IMG/VR virus record: IMGVR_UViG_3300045988_078245
Direction: 5' to 3' (one strand)
Source: a virus
DNA length: 31,432 nucleotides
Numbering within the stretch: position 1 is the first letter of the stretch; every line of letters starts with the position of its first letter. Below are positions 1 to 9,151 of this stretch, in pieces. The notes below the pieces were generated by a model. That model made no database searches and was not told where the DNA came from. It worked only from the letters and a program-made list of their open reading frames with translations. Position numbers and translations under genes: made by a program.

Positions 1-99
1 CGCCGGGGGACGAAAGCCTGATGGAGTTTCTGGGCATTCAAACATCCGGCAAACGGCCACAAAACGATGTGACCTATTACATTTGCCTGAAAAAAAAAG
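1..99. repeat. Terminal overlap: bases 1-99 are identical to 31334-31432, marking a circular contig closure
   Basis: Direct comparison of both ends, from cgccggggga to ctgaaaaaaaaag. The portal reading frame is continuous across the junction. Confidence 0.95.
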
Positions 100-1205
100 C
101 AGAGACTTTGGGGTCAATGCCGCTGAAGTTTTACCGAAAGTCCGAGGGCAAGATCGAAACGGCAAAAAAGGACGATATGGCGGTGCTGCTGACAGAGCGG
201 CCCAACCCATATATGACACCGGCTACATTTTGGAGCAGCGTGTCGGCGAACCTGGACCACTACGGAAACGCCTATGTGTGGGTGCAGCAAGATTTCACCC
301 GACAGAAGTATGGCGGCTCCGTCAAGGCCAAGGGCCTGTGGATCATGCCATCTAATCAGGTCAATCTGCTTGTGGACGACGCCGGTATCTTCGGGACGGA
401 CGGTGGTGGGCTGTACTACTGGTACCAAGACCGCTATACCGGGCACAGCTATATCTTCGACCCGGACACCGTGCTGCACTTCAAAAACTTCTTTACATTC
501 GATGGGTACCGAGGGGCGTCTGTATTGGAACTGCTGCGGTCCACCGTAGACGGCCAAATTGCTGCACAGGAATACCAAAACAAGCTGTTCAAGAACGGTA
601 TGACAGGAAAGGCCGTGCTGAATTACACAGGCGAGTTGAGCGAGGGCGCCAAAAGAAAAATGATTGCGCAGTTTGAAGAATTCGGTGCAGGTGCCAGCAA
701 CGCCGGACGCATTATCCCGGTACCGCCGGGCTTCAAACTGGAGCCAATCGACTTTAAGTTGTCAGACGCCCAGTTCTTGGAGTTGAAACAGTACGGTGCT
801 TTGCAGCTTGCGGCAGCGTTCGGGATCAAGCCCACGCAGATCAATGACTACTCCAAAAGCAGCTATGCAAACAGCGAACAACAGCAGTTGGCATTTCTGA
901 CCGAGACAATGCTGTTCCCAATTTCCCAAATTGAGCAGGAACTGAACTATAAATGCCTGACAGATCCACAGCGGGCAACTGGATTTTATTACAAGTTCAA
1001 CGATAAAGTGCTGCTGCGGACCGACAGCAAGACGCAGACAGAGATCTTTGCGCAAAAGGTGGACAAGGGCATTGCCACCATCAACGAGTGCAGAGAGCTG
1101 GAAGACAACCCGCCGGTACAGGGCGGAGACAACCCCATTGTCAACGGAACATACATTCCGCTTGATAGAGTTGGTGACCAGTATGGCACCAACAACACAG
1201 ACTGA
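21..1205 (+). CDS. Portal protein, HK97 family (3' part; the true start is at 31264 across the circular junction)
   Basis: 394-aa ORF directly after TerL. Its frame is open to base 1 and in phase with the ATG at 31264. Position and size are typical of a portal. Confidence 0.88.
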   Translation: MEFLGIQTSGKRPQNDVTYYICLKKKAETLGSMPLKFYRKSEGKIETAKKDDMAVLLTERPNPYMTPATFWSSVSANLDHYGNAYVWVQQDFTRQKYGGSVKAKGLWIMPSNQVNLLVDDAGIFGTDGGGLYYWYQDRYTGHSYIFDPDTVLHFKNFFTFDGYRGASVLELLRSTVDGQIAAQEYQNKLFKNGMTGKAVLNYTGELSEGAKRKMIAQFEEFGAGASNAGRIIPVPPGFKLEPIDFKLSDAQFLELKQYGALQLAAAFGIKPTQINDYSKSSYANSEQQQLAFLTETMLFPISQIEQELNYKCLTDPQRATGFYYKFNDKVLLRTDSKTQTEIFAQKVDKGIATINECRELEDNPPVQGGDNPIVNGTYIPLDRVGDQYGTNNTD

Positions 1206-1221
1206 CGGAAAGGAGGATCGT

Positions 1222-1971
1222 ATGAACAAGGTATTGAATTTTGAGCGCTTTAACCGAGTGAGCAACAAGCGAGAAAAAGTCGGCTACTGCGCCCTCTATA
1301 ATGAGGCGGACAGAGCTGTGCTGAACTTCTACGGCGATATTTGCATGTACGATTGCAGCGGTTATGGCGGCGAGTATGCCAACGACAAGTGCCCACAACA
1401 GGTTGCAGACTTTTTTAACCAGATCGAGCCGGACAAGCCTGTGGAAATTCACTTCAACTCCGGCGGCGGCGATGTGTTCGCCGGGATCGCCATTGCCAAC
1501 ATAATCAAAGCACACGCAGGAGAGACCGTCGGATATGTGGACGGTATTGCCGCCAGCATTGCCTCCGTCATTCTGTGCGCCTGCGACCGAGTGGTCATTC
1601 GCACCGGTGCCCAGGTGATGATCCACGACCCGATGACGGGTTGTTGGGGCAATGCTGCTGACTTTGCCGCTGTAATTGGTCAACTGAATACAGCCAAGAA
1701 CTCCATTCTGGAACTGTACAGCACAAAAATGTCCGATAAAGTGGACAAAGAAGCGCTTGCCAACCTTATGACGGCCGAAACTTGGCTGACTTCGCAGAAT
1801 ATCGCCGAAGTGTTCAACTTCGAGGTGGAGAACGCAGAGCCGATGGTGGCCTGTGCAAGCACATTCTACGACAGGTACACCAGCCTGCCGCCCGGTGTCA
1901 ACACCGACACCGCCAAAGACACCAAAAAGGACAAAATCCTGGCGGATTTATACCTTTACGGAACAAAATAA
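1222..1971 (+). CDS. Prohead maturation protease, ClpP-like (S14)
   Basis: ATG 1222 follows RBS aaggagg. Motifs read: FNSGGGDVFAG and VDGIAASIASVI. The gene lies between portal and capsid. Confidence 0.85.
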   Translation: MNKVLNFERFNRVSNKREKVGYCALYNEADRAVLNFYGDICMYDCSGYGGEYANDKCPQQVADFFNQIEPDKPVEIHFNSGGGDVFAGIAIANIIKAHAGETVGYVDGIAASIASVILCACDRVVIRTGAQVMIHDPMTGCWGNAADFAAVIGQLNTAKNSILELYSTKMSDKVDKEALANLMTAETWLTSQNIAEVFNFEVENAEPMVACASTFYDRYTSLPPGVNTDTAKDTKKDKILADLYLYGTK

Positions 1972-1994
1972 AAAATTTTTAGGAGGAAAAACAC

Positions 1995-3176
1995 ATGAAC
2001 AAAAAGCTCAGAGCCCTGCTGGACAGCATTAACGCAAAGAAGCAGGAAGTGCAGGACCTGGCCGAAGCCGGCAAGCTGACCGAGGCCCAAACCGCAAAAG
2101 ACGAATTGCAGCAGTTGCAGCAGAAATTCGATCTGCTGGCTGATGTGATGGACACCAAGCAGGCCAGTGCAGGTACAGAACCGCACCAGGTCATTGATCA
2201 ACAGGAAGTCACACCGAAGCAGCGCAGAGCTGCATTAGCGGCGTACTTAAAAGCAAATTTCAAGGCTTTGAAGAATAAGGGTACTGTCCCGCAAGACTAC
2301 CTTTCCGAACAGCAAAAACAAATCCTGAATGTAATGTCCGAGGGCTCAGATGAAGACGGCGGCTTGACCGTACCGCACGATCTGCAAACGGAGATCAAGG
2401 AGCTGAAACGAGGCCATATTGCATTGGAGGACCATGTCAACATTGAAACCACTGCGGTTAACGAAGGCACGCGTGTGATCGAGGTTGACGCTGAATACAC
2501 GCCCTGGCCGGAGATCGACGAAGCAGCAGAATTCGATGAAGTTGGCACACCCAAAATGCGTTCGATCAAATACAAGATCAAAAAGCGCGGCGGTATCATT
2601 AAGCTGACTTTCGACTTGCTTCGTGATACCGCAGAAAACATTATGTCCTTCCTGACCGAATACTGCGCGAAAAAGAGCATTGCGACACGAAATGCCGCAA
2701 TCTTAGCAGCATTTGACGCAGCAGTTGGTGAAAACACAGTCACCATTGCAGATGTGGATGGGCTGAAAGATGTATTTAATGTCACATTGGATCCAGAAAT
2801 CGCACGAGGCGCGGAGGTAATCACAAATCAGGATGGTTTCAACTTCCTTGACAGACTGAAAGACAAAAATGGCGACTACATTTTGCAGCCGGACCCGATG
2901 AAGAAGACCGGGAAACTACTTTTCGGCACTTATCCGATCACTCCGTTATCAAACAAGACCCTTAAGACAGACGCTTCCAAGGGCGCACCCATCTATATGG
3001 GTGACGGCCACGAGGCAGTAACCCTGTTTGATCGCGAGAAGATGACCATTGAGGCCAACCCCAATGTGTACTGGACTTCTGACACGATGGGTTGCAAGGT
3101 GCGCGACCGCTTTGATGTACAGGTGGTTGACGGCGCGGCCATGGCCAAGGGCTTCTTGAAAGCAGCAGCGGGCTAA
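1995..3176 (+). CDS. Major capsid protein, HK97 fold
   Basis: 393 aa with RBS aggagg 8 nt upstream. N-terminal coiled-coil delta-like region followed by a capsid body. Position after the protease. Confidence 0.88.
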   Translation: MNKKLRALLDSINAKKQEVQDLAEAGKLTEAQTAKDELQQLQQKFDLLADVMDTKQASAGTEPHQVIDQQEVTPKQRRAALAAYLKANFKALKNKGTVPQDYLSEQQKQILNVMSEGSDEDGGLTVPHDLQTEIKELKRGHIALEDHVNIETTAVNEGTRVIEVDAEYTPWPEIDEAAEFDEVGTPKMRSIKYKIKKRGGIIKLTFDLLRDTAENIMSFLTEYCAKKSIATRNAAILAAFDAAVGENTVTIADVDGLKDVFNVTLDPEIARGAEVITNQDGFNFLDRLKDKNGDYILQPDPMKKTGKLLFGTYPITPLSNKTLKTDASKGAPIYMGDGHEAVTLFDREKMTIEANPNVYWTSDTMGCKVRDRFDVQVVDGAAMAKGFLKAAAG

Positions 3177-3194
3177 TTTGCAGTCAACTGCAAA
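3177..3194. repeat. Palindrome TTTGCAGT-CA-ACTGCAAA, copy 1 of 3
   Basis: Perfect 8-bp arms. Starts 1 nt after the capsid stop and ends 16 nt before the next ATG, just 5' of the GGAGG Shine-Dalgarno. Confidence 0.9.
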
Positions 3195-3210
3195 AGAACG
3201 GAGGTAAGCA

Positions 3211-3492
3211 ATGGAACTGAACACGGTTAAAAGCTACCTGCGGGTGGACTATGCGGACGATGACGAGTTGATCCGGTTGATGATCGACGCCACGGCGGCA
3301 ACGCTTGGCGAATTACTCCCCGGCTATAATGCAGCCGCACCGACCGCACGACAAGATCTGTTGCTGCTGATGTCCGTTAAGGACCTGTACGACCACAGGG
3401 AGAAGTACGGCACAAACACGCAGCTTCTCAGCGGTCACGCCTCCACATTTCTGTACAGCGAGATCTACGGAGGTGCCGGTGATGGAAATTAA
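3211..3492 (+). CDS. Head-tail connector (gp6-like)
   Basis: 93 aa starting LKSYLRVDYADDDELIRLMIDAA, a typical gp6-like N-terminus. Position after the capsid gene. Confidence 0.72.
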   Translation: MELNTVKSYLRVDYADDDELIRLMIDATAATLGELLPGYNAAAPTARQDLLLLMSVKDLYDHREKYGTNTQLLSGHASTFLYSEIYGGAGDGN

Positions 3493-3814
3493 AATCAATA
3501 TTCGCAAGCGTGTTTTTTCCACCACCGGCGGCCGACAGATCGAAGATAAGGCAGGCGCCCCACACTATATGAATGTTTGGGCAACGCCGGCCGATCTGTA
3601 CGGCGAAGAACTGTACCAGGCAATGGCCGCCAAGCTGCATGAAGTGCTGGCGTTCAAACTGCGTTACTGCAAGACCCTGGAAGATATGCGAGGACATGCC
3701 AAGGACTACTTTGTGGAAGAAGTAGCCACAGGCGCACGCTATCGGATCTACCATATCGACTATTCAAGAGGCAGCCGCGAGTTCGTTACGCTCAAGTGCG
3801 AGCGTACCACATAA
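3482..3814 (+). CDS. Head-closure / head-tail adaptor protein
   Basis: ATG 3482 lies 6 nt after GGAGGTG. The ORF-track start at 3473 is a GTG. Assignment is by synteny. Confidence 0.6.
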   Translation: MEIKINIRKRVFSTTGGRQIEDKAGAPHYMNVWATPADLYGEELYQAMAAKLHEVLAFKLRYCKTLEDMRGHAKDYFVEEVATGARYRIYHIDYSRGSREFVTLKCERTT

Positions 3815-3825
3815 GGGGTGATCTT

Positions 3826-4287
3826 ATGATCGTCAATATGGAATTTCAAGGTATGGAGCAACTGCTAAAGAACCTGCAAGAGGTAAGCTCTTTAGATGTG
3901 GTGGGCCAATGCACCCGCCACATCATCAATCTGTCCAAGCTGGAAACACACAGGACAATGAAGCGGAATGTGCCAAGGTCGAGGGATCACAGCAAAACCG
4001 GTCGGTATCTCGGCCACAGGTTCGTGCAGTACTCACCTGCCCACGCCGCTGATGTGATCCCTGTGTCAAACACAAGGACAGACACAGACGGCCGCTCAAA
4101 CGCAGAGGTAGGCTGGAAGCTCAGCGACAACAGCCCACAGTTTTATATGAAGTTCGTTGAATGGGGAACATCAAAAATGCGCCCCCGAGAATTCATTAAC
4201 CAAACAAACAAGCAGTGCGAGGGCATGTACCGTCGCATTGCCGAAACGACGCTACAGTCATACGCAAACAAGTATTTAGGCGATTAA
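3826..4287 (+). CDS. HK97 gp10-like neck/tail component
   Basis: ATG 3826 after aaggggtg. The N-terminus MIVNMEFQGMEQLLKNL resembles the gp10 family. Synteny agrees. Confidence 0.6.
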   Translation: MIVNMEFQGMEQLLKNLQEVSSLDVVGQCTRHIINLSKLETHRTMKRNVPRSRDHSKTGRYLGHRFVQYSPAHAADVIPVSNTRTDTDGRSNAEVGWKLSDNSPQFYMKFVEWGTSKMRPREFINQTNKQCEGMYRRIAETTLQSYANKYLGD

Positions 4288-4297
4288 GGAGACCGAT

Positions 4298-4672
4298 ATG
4301 TTAGATGTGATCAATGAAGCCAGTATTGCACTGTTGCAGATCTCCGGCCGGGGTATTCCGGTCCGAGAGGGGTGGTATGACCCGGATATAACAGATACGC
4401 ATATCTCTCTCTGGCCGCTCAGCTATGCGGAGGATGACCACAGCGACGATGACAGCGAGAGCGAGACAGCTACGGTTCAGGTGAATATTTGGAGCCTGGT
4501 GGACGAGGTGGCGCTGGCCGCCGAAGTGCTGGCTCTGATGAAAGCCTATGGCTTTGACTTTCTGGAGGCCAATAACGCTTACGAGGACGATACAGAGCTA
4601 TATGTCAAACAGCTGCGCTTCTCACTGACAGTTGAAAAGAACAATGCCGCCAATCAGGCGGAGAGAGGATAA
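4298..4672 (+). CDS. Tail terminator / completion-like protein (assigned by position)
   Basis: 124 aa with RBS aaggag, immediately upstream of the major tail gene. Confidence 0.5.
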   Translation: MLDVINEASIALLQISGRGIPVREGWYDPDITDTHISLWPLSYAEDDHSDDDSESETATVQVNIWSLVDEVALAAEVLALMKAYGFDFLEANNAYEDDTELYVKQLRFSLTVEKNNAANQAERG

Positions 4673-4676
4673 GTAA

Positions 4677-5297
4677 ATGAACGAGGAAAGAAATGTACAT
4701 AGCCGCCGTGTCGGTCTGAAAGACATCTATGTGGCGCTTGTCACCAAAAACGACGCAACCGGCTACACCGCCGGCACTCCGACCAAGTTGGCAAGAGCCA
4801 TCAGCGCAAAAGTGAGTGACAAGTTCTCCAGCGAGAAGCTGTATTCCGATGACGCGGTTGAAGAAACAGCGACAAACTACGAGGGCACGGAGATCGAGCT
4901 GGATGTCAACGCCCTGACCCCGGCAGAAAAGGCTACGCTTTTTGGCCATCTGTATGAAAAGGGTTTTCTTGTGAAAGGTGAAGACGACAAGCCGAACGAG
5001 ATCGCAATTGGCTATCGCGTCAAGCGCCTAAACAATAAATACGAGTTTGTGTGGTATTTCTGCGGCACAGCCAGCGAGGGTATGGAGGAGACGAACGAGA
5101 CCAAGGCGGACAAGGTGTCTACACAGACCGACACGGTAAAACTGTCTTGCTATGCGCGTAAGCACGATGGTAAGTTTAGCTGCTCCGTCGATGAAAGCAA
5201 TCTGATCACAGAAGACACGGACGCTGCCAGTGCTATTGAAAACTGGTTCTCCAAAGTTCAGGAGTGGCCGACAAGCACAGCAGCGGTCGGCGGTTAA
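4677..5297 (+). CDS. Major tail protein (phi13-like)
   Basis: 206 aa. The N-terminus VGLKDIYVALVTKND resembles the phi13 major tail family. Followed by the chaperone pair and the tape measure. Confidence 0.75.
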   Translation: MNEERNVHSRRVGLKDIYVALVTKNDATGYTAGTPTKLARAISAKVSDKFSSEKLYSDDAVEETATNYEGTEIELDVNALTPAEKATLFGHLYEKGFLVKGEDDKPNEIAIGYRVKRLNNKYEFVWYFCGTASEGMEETNETKADKVSTQTDTVKLSCYARKHDGKFSCSVDESNLITEDTDAASAIENWFSKVQEWPTSTAAVGG

Positions 5298-5307
5298 GGA
5301 GTAAAAT

Positions 5308-5646
5308 ATGGACGCAATTATGGACAAGGCTCCGGCTGCACAGCTGGAGCTTAACGGTAAGACTTACACCATCAACCACATGGGCACGGCTACATACCTG
5401 CGATACAAACAGGCGTGCGAAGCGGTCAACTTGGAGGAGGACACAATCGACGCTCCGACTTACACCGCCATCATTAACGCTTTGGCTATTGCTTTTGGTG
5501 AACAGTTCACACCCGAAGAGCTGGCAGAGAGCGACACCGATGTGGCCGATGTGATCGTGGCTTACATGGCGGTGGATCTCAATCTGGCACAACGGATTGA
5601 ACAAAAGATCGACGCCATGACAGCAAATTTCAAGACTGGCAGCTGA
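5308..5646 (+). CDS. Tail assembly chaperone (G-like)
   Basis: 112 aa between the major tail and tape measure genes, with RBS aaggag. Confidence 0.75.
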   Translation: MDAIMDKAPAAQLELNGKTYTINHMGTATYLRYKQACEAVNLEEDTIDAPTYTAIINALAIAFGEQFTPEELAESDTDVADVIVAYMAVDLNLAQRIEQKIDAMTANFKTGS

Positions 5647-6146
5647 TCCCGGATATAACGGTCAGTTGCCACGGAACAATCTACCGTTCCACGGCGTCCC
5701 TGGAATTCTACCGGCGGTACTGCACCTATATGCGTGCCGTCGGTACGGATGAACCACCGGGACTGCAAGCAACGATCCGCCTTGTACAAGCAGTGCTGCC
5801 AACAGCAGCGGGCTATGTACTGAAAGCCGACATAGAGGAAGTGCTGGTGGCGGGCAACACCGCCCACTTTTTGGCACAGCGGATCACGGAAGCAATCAAC
5901 CGGCTGAGTCCGGAAGAACAGGTGGAACGAGTAAAAAGTCTATTTGATGAATACGACAGAGAGAACGGCTACACGGACGAAGAGGACGAACAAGACTATT
6001 GGAGCGCGCAGTTGGAAGTAATCAACAGCTTACTGGATGTGGCAACCCAATGCCTGCGCTGCGATTTGCAATACGCCCTTACCGGTGATGTGTTTGCCAT
6101 ACTCTCTTTGACCAAGTATAAGCTGGAACACGCAGATGAGCGATAG
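5308..6146 (+). CDS. Tail assembly chaperone GT-like fusion, made by a -1 frameshift at 5625-5631
   Basis: The -1 frame is open from 5601 to 6146. The downstream ORF (ATG 5730) has no RBS. The slippery site lies 13 nt before the G stop codon. Confidence 0.65.
5625..5631 (+). promoter_or_regulatory. -1 programmed frameshift slippery heptamer A_AAT_TTC
   Basis: Fits X_XXY_YYZ in the zero frame of 5308-5646 (codons aat ttc). After slippage it reads aaa ttt in the open -1 frame. Confidence 0.6.
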
Positions 6147-6160
6147 AAAGGAGGACGACA

Positions 6161-9151
6161 ATGGCAGTAGCGTCTATACGACTGACGGCCAGCGCCAACA
6201 GCTATACAGCTGTGATGAAGCAGGCAAACGCCCAAATGCGGCAACTACAGCAGGAGTACTCCTTAGCCGCCCAAAAAGCTAAGCTGATGGGTCAGTCTCA
6301 CCAGGAGGTTGGCGCCCGGGTACAAATGCTCACAGAGAAGATCAAAGCCCAGGAGGAGAAGATCTCCTCCAACAGCAAGCGGGTAGCCGAACTGACAGCT
6401 GAAGACAAGAAACTGTGGCAGCAGCACTCAGAGTTGCAAAACAAGCTCAATCAGACCAAAACCGCCTATGACAAATCGGCCGAGGCAACAGGCAAGAACA
6501 GCAAGGAAACCAAAGCCTTGCAGAAAGAAGTCAAAGCGGCTGAAAAGGCCCTGGCTGAGAATGAAAGCAAGCTACAGAGCAATGCCAATAAACTGGCTAA
6601 GGCCAAGAACCAAGGCACGCTGTTTTCCAAAGAATTGGAGAACATGAAACTGAAGCTGAAAGCAGCCAACAAAGAGCTTTCCTCCGCCAAGCTGAAAGAA
6701 TATGGCGACAAAATGAAAAACGCCGGAGATAAGGTGTCAGCAGCGGGCAAGAAAATGATGGGCATTACCGCCGCCGTCACAGGTGTGGGTGTTGCTTCCG
6801 TCAAGACCGCTTCGGACTTCGACAGCGAGATGTCGCGCGTTAAGGTGATCGCCGGTGCGACCGATGGCGAATTTGAGAAGCTGCGCAAGCAAGCCATCCA
6901 GCTGGGTGCCGACACGGTGTTCTCCGCTTCCGAGTCCGCAGCCGGTATGGAGAACTTCGCAACGGCAGGATATAACGCCAAGGAGATCATGGCAGGTATT
7001 CCCGGCGTACTAAACCTGGCGGCTGTGTCCGGCGGTGATGTAGCAAATGCGGCCGAAGTAATGGCAACCACCATGCGGTCCTTTAATTTGGACGCCAGTG
7101 CGTCTGTACATGTGGCGGACGCATTCGCAAAGGCGGCGGCCGACACCAACGCAGAAGTGGCAGACATGGGCGAGGCCATGAAGTATGCTGCACCCATCGC
7201 TTCCTCATTAGGTATTTCTCTTGAAGAAACAGCAGCTGCGATCGGCATTATGTCCGACCAGGGTATTAAAGGCAGCCAGGCTGGTACATCGCTTCGCGGC
7301 GCATTGTCACGACTGGCAGCGCCCACCAAAGCAATGAGCGCAAAAATGAAGGAATTGGGTGTGGATTTCTTCGACGCAAAAGGGAATATGGTTCCGCTGA
7401 GTGAGCAGGTCGCGCAACTCCAGTCTAAGTTTAAGGGTATGACCCAAGAACAGAAAGAAAACGCCATCGTTACGCTATATGGCAAAAACGCCTTGTCAGG
7501 TATGCAGGCGTTGATCGATCGAGGGTCCGGCGCACTTACAAAAATGACGAACAGCTTTAAGAACGCAGACGGCGCCGCACAGGATATGGCAGACAATATG
7601 CTGGACAACCTGGCCGGCGATGTGGAGAACATGAGCGGTGCTTTTGAGTCTGCTGGTATAAATTTAGCCTCACAGTTTACTCCAGAGATCCGCTCCATCA
7701 CACAAGCTGTGACCAACGCTATAGACAAGTTCAACGGACTAAGCGACAGTCAACAGAAAACGATTGCAGTCATAGCTTTAATTGTGGCCTCCATCGGACC
7801 GCTGCTCCTTGGAATAGGCAAAATTATAGGCACGGTCGGTAGCGCAATATCCGGTATTTCCAAGATCAAGAGCGCAGTGTCCAGCCTTGGCCTGGTCAGC
7901 AAGATTTCAAGCGGAGCCGGGAAGATAGGTAAGGCTATCACAGGTGTGTTTTCGACAATTGGCCTTAAAGGCGTGATTATTGCCGCCGTTGTGGCTGCTG
8001 TCGTAGCCGGTATCGTGCTGATCATTAAGAACTGGGACAAGATCAAACCGGCGTTGGAAAATGTGTGGAATAAAGCGAAAGCCATATTTCAGACAGCCTG
8101 GAATTGGATAAAGAACATCTTCACGACATTGTGGAATTTCATTAAGACAGTATGGAACGGAATAAAGAACGGCATACAGGTGGCCATTATGTTCGTTGCC
8201 AATCTGTTCAGCGCTGCATTTAACATTATAACGCTGCCATTCCGCTTTATATGGGAAAATTGCAAGCAATATGTTTTCGCCGCGTTCAATGCTATTAAGA
8301 CCGTTATTTCAAGCGCACTGCAAGTGATCCGCACCATCATCTCGACTGTCGGTAATGCGATCAAGCGAGTCTGGACCGCTGTGTGGAACGGTATTAAGGC
8401 TGTCCTGACGCCAATTATCAACGGCATTAGGAATATAATCACCAAGGTGTTCACTGCAATCCGTGTTGTGATCGTAACTTATGTGACGATTTGGAAAAAA
8501 ATCATAACCACTGCCTGGAAAGCGATTAAGACCGTAGTTACCACAGTGGTCAACACCATCAGGACTGTTGTATCGACGGTATTCAATGCGCTAAAGAACA
8601 TAATCAGCGTACCGCTGAACTGGATTAGGAACCTGGTAGCGCGAATTTTCGGCGGGATCAAAGACAGCATATCAAACAGTATTAACAATGCGAAAAACAT
8701 TGTGAGCAAAGGCTTGGCTGCCATTCGGGGCTTCTTTAATAAGCTAAAATTGAAATTTCCGAACATTAAGTTGCCGCACTTTAGTATCACCGGCGGCTTC
8801 AGCCTGGATCCACCATCTGTACCCAAACTGAATATCGACTGGTACGCCGGCGGCGCCATTATGCGCGGGCGACAGATCTTTGGCGCATACGGCGGCACAC
8901 TGCTGGCAGGCGGTGAACCCAGCACCGGCGGGGAAGCAATTCTGCCGTTGAGTCCGTTCTATACCGCACTAAATAAAATGCTGGACAACCAGCTCCAGCG
9001 GCTGATCGCCTGTGTTCGTCCGACAGTGATCGTACATACTTACCTGGACGGTAAGGAGATCGGCAGCAAGGTCGTGCAGCAAGTCACAGACGAGGTCACC
9101 AAGGACCAACGAAATTATGAAATGGCAAAGGGGTTGGACACAGATGGATAA
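6161..9151 (+). CDS. Tape measure protein
   Basis: 996 aa: coiled-coil N-terminus, a hydrophobic segment, then periodic W-x2-IK repeats. Canonical position. Confidence 0.9.
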   Translation: MAVASIRLTASANSYTAVMKQANAQMRQLQQEYSLAAQKAKLMGQSHQEVGARVQMLTEKIKAQEEKISSNSKRVAELTAEDKKLWQQHSELQNKLNQTKTAYDKSAEATGKNSKETKALQKEVKAAEKALAENESKLQSNANKLAKAKNQGTLFSKELENMKLKLKAANKELSSAKLKEYGDKMKNAGDKVSAAGKKMMGITAAVTGVGVASVKTASDFDSEMSRVKVIAGATDGEFEKLRKQAIQLGADTVFSASESAAGMENFATAGYNAKEIMAGIPGVLNLAAVSGGDVANAAEVMATTMRSFNLDASASVHVADAFAKAAADTNAEVADMGEAMKYAAPIASSLGISLEETAAAIGIMSDQGIKGSQAGTSLRGALSRLAAPTKAMSAKMKELGVDFFDAKGNMVPLSEQVAQLQSKFKGMTQEQKENAIVTLYGKNALSGMQALIDRGSGALTKMTNSFKNADGAAQDMADNMLDNLAGDVENMSGAFESAGINLASQFTPEIRSITQAVTNAIDKFNGLSDSQQKTIAVIALIVASIGPLLLGIGKIIGTVGSAISGISKIKSAVSSLGLVSKISSGAGKIGKAITGVFSTIGLKGVIIAAVVAAVVAGIVLIIKNWDKIKPALENVWNKAKAIFQTAWNWIKNIFTTLWNFIKTVWNGIKNGIQVAIMFVANLFSAAFNIITLPFRFIWENCKQYVFAAFNAIKTVISSALQVIRTIISTVGNAIKRVWTAVWNGIKAVLTPIINGIRNIITKVFTAIRVVIVTYVTIWKKIITTAWKAIKTVVTTVVNTIRTVVSTVFNALKNIISVPLNWIRNLVARIFGGIKDSISNSINNAKNIVSKGLAAIRGFFNKLKLKFPNIKLPHFSITGGFSLDPPSVPKLNIDWYAGGAIMRGRQIFGAYGGTLLAGGEPSTGGEAILPLSPFYTALNKMLDNQLQRLIACVRPTVIVHTYLDGKEIGSKVVQQVTDEVTKDQRNYEMAKGLDTDG

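Noticed and set aside
90-98. An A9 homopolymer in the portal gene as a slippage or phase-variation tract
   Set aside because: It encodes Lys-Lys-Lys in frame in an essential gene, and it sits at the edge of the assembly overlap. Nothing suggests variable length.
5843-5850. E. coli Chi GCTGGTGG on the + strand (a second copy at 10540-10547)
   Set aside because: Two copies are close to chance for a GC-rich octamer. All the signals point to a Firmicute-type host, so the AGCGG-containing word is the relevant candidate.
6466-7734. A 422-aa ORF antisense to the tape measure gene
   Set aside because: It has a low-complexity Ser/Ala/Pro-rich translation, no RBS and lies wholly inside a strongly supported + strand gene. 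It is a typical shadow ORF of GC-rich, Ala/Lys-coding DNA.
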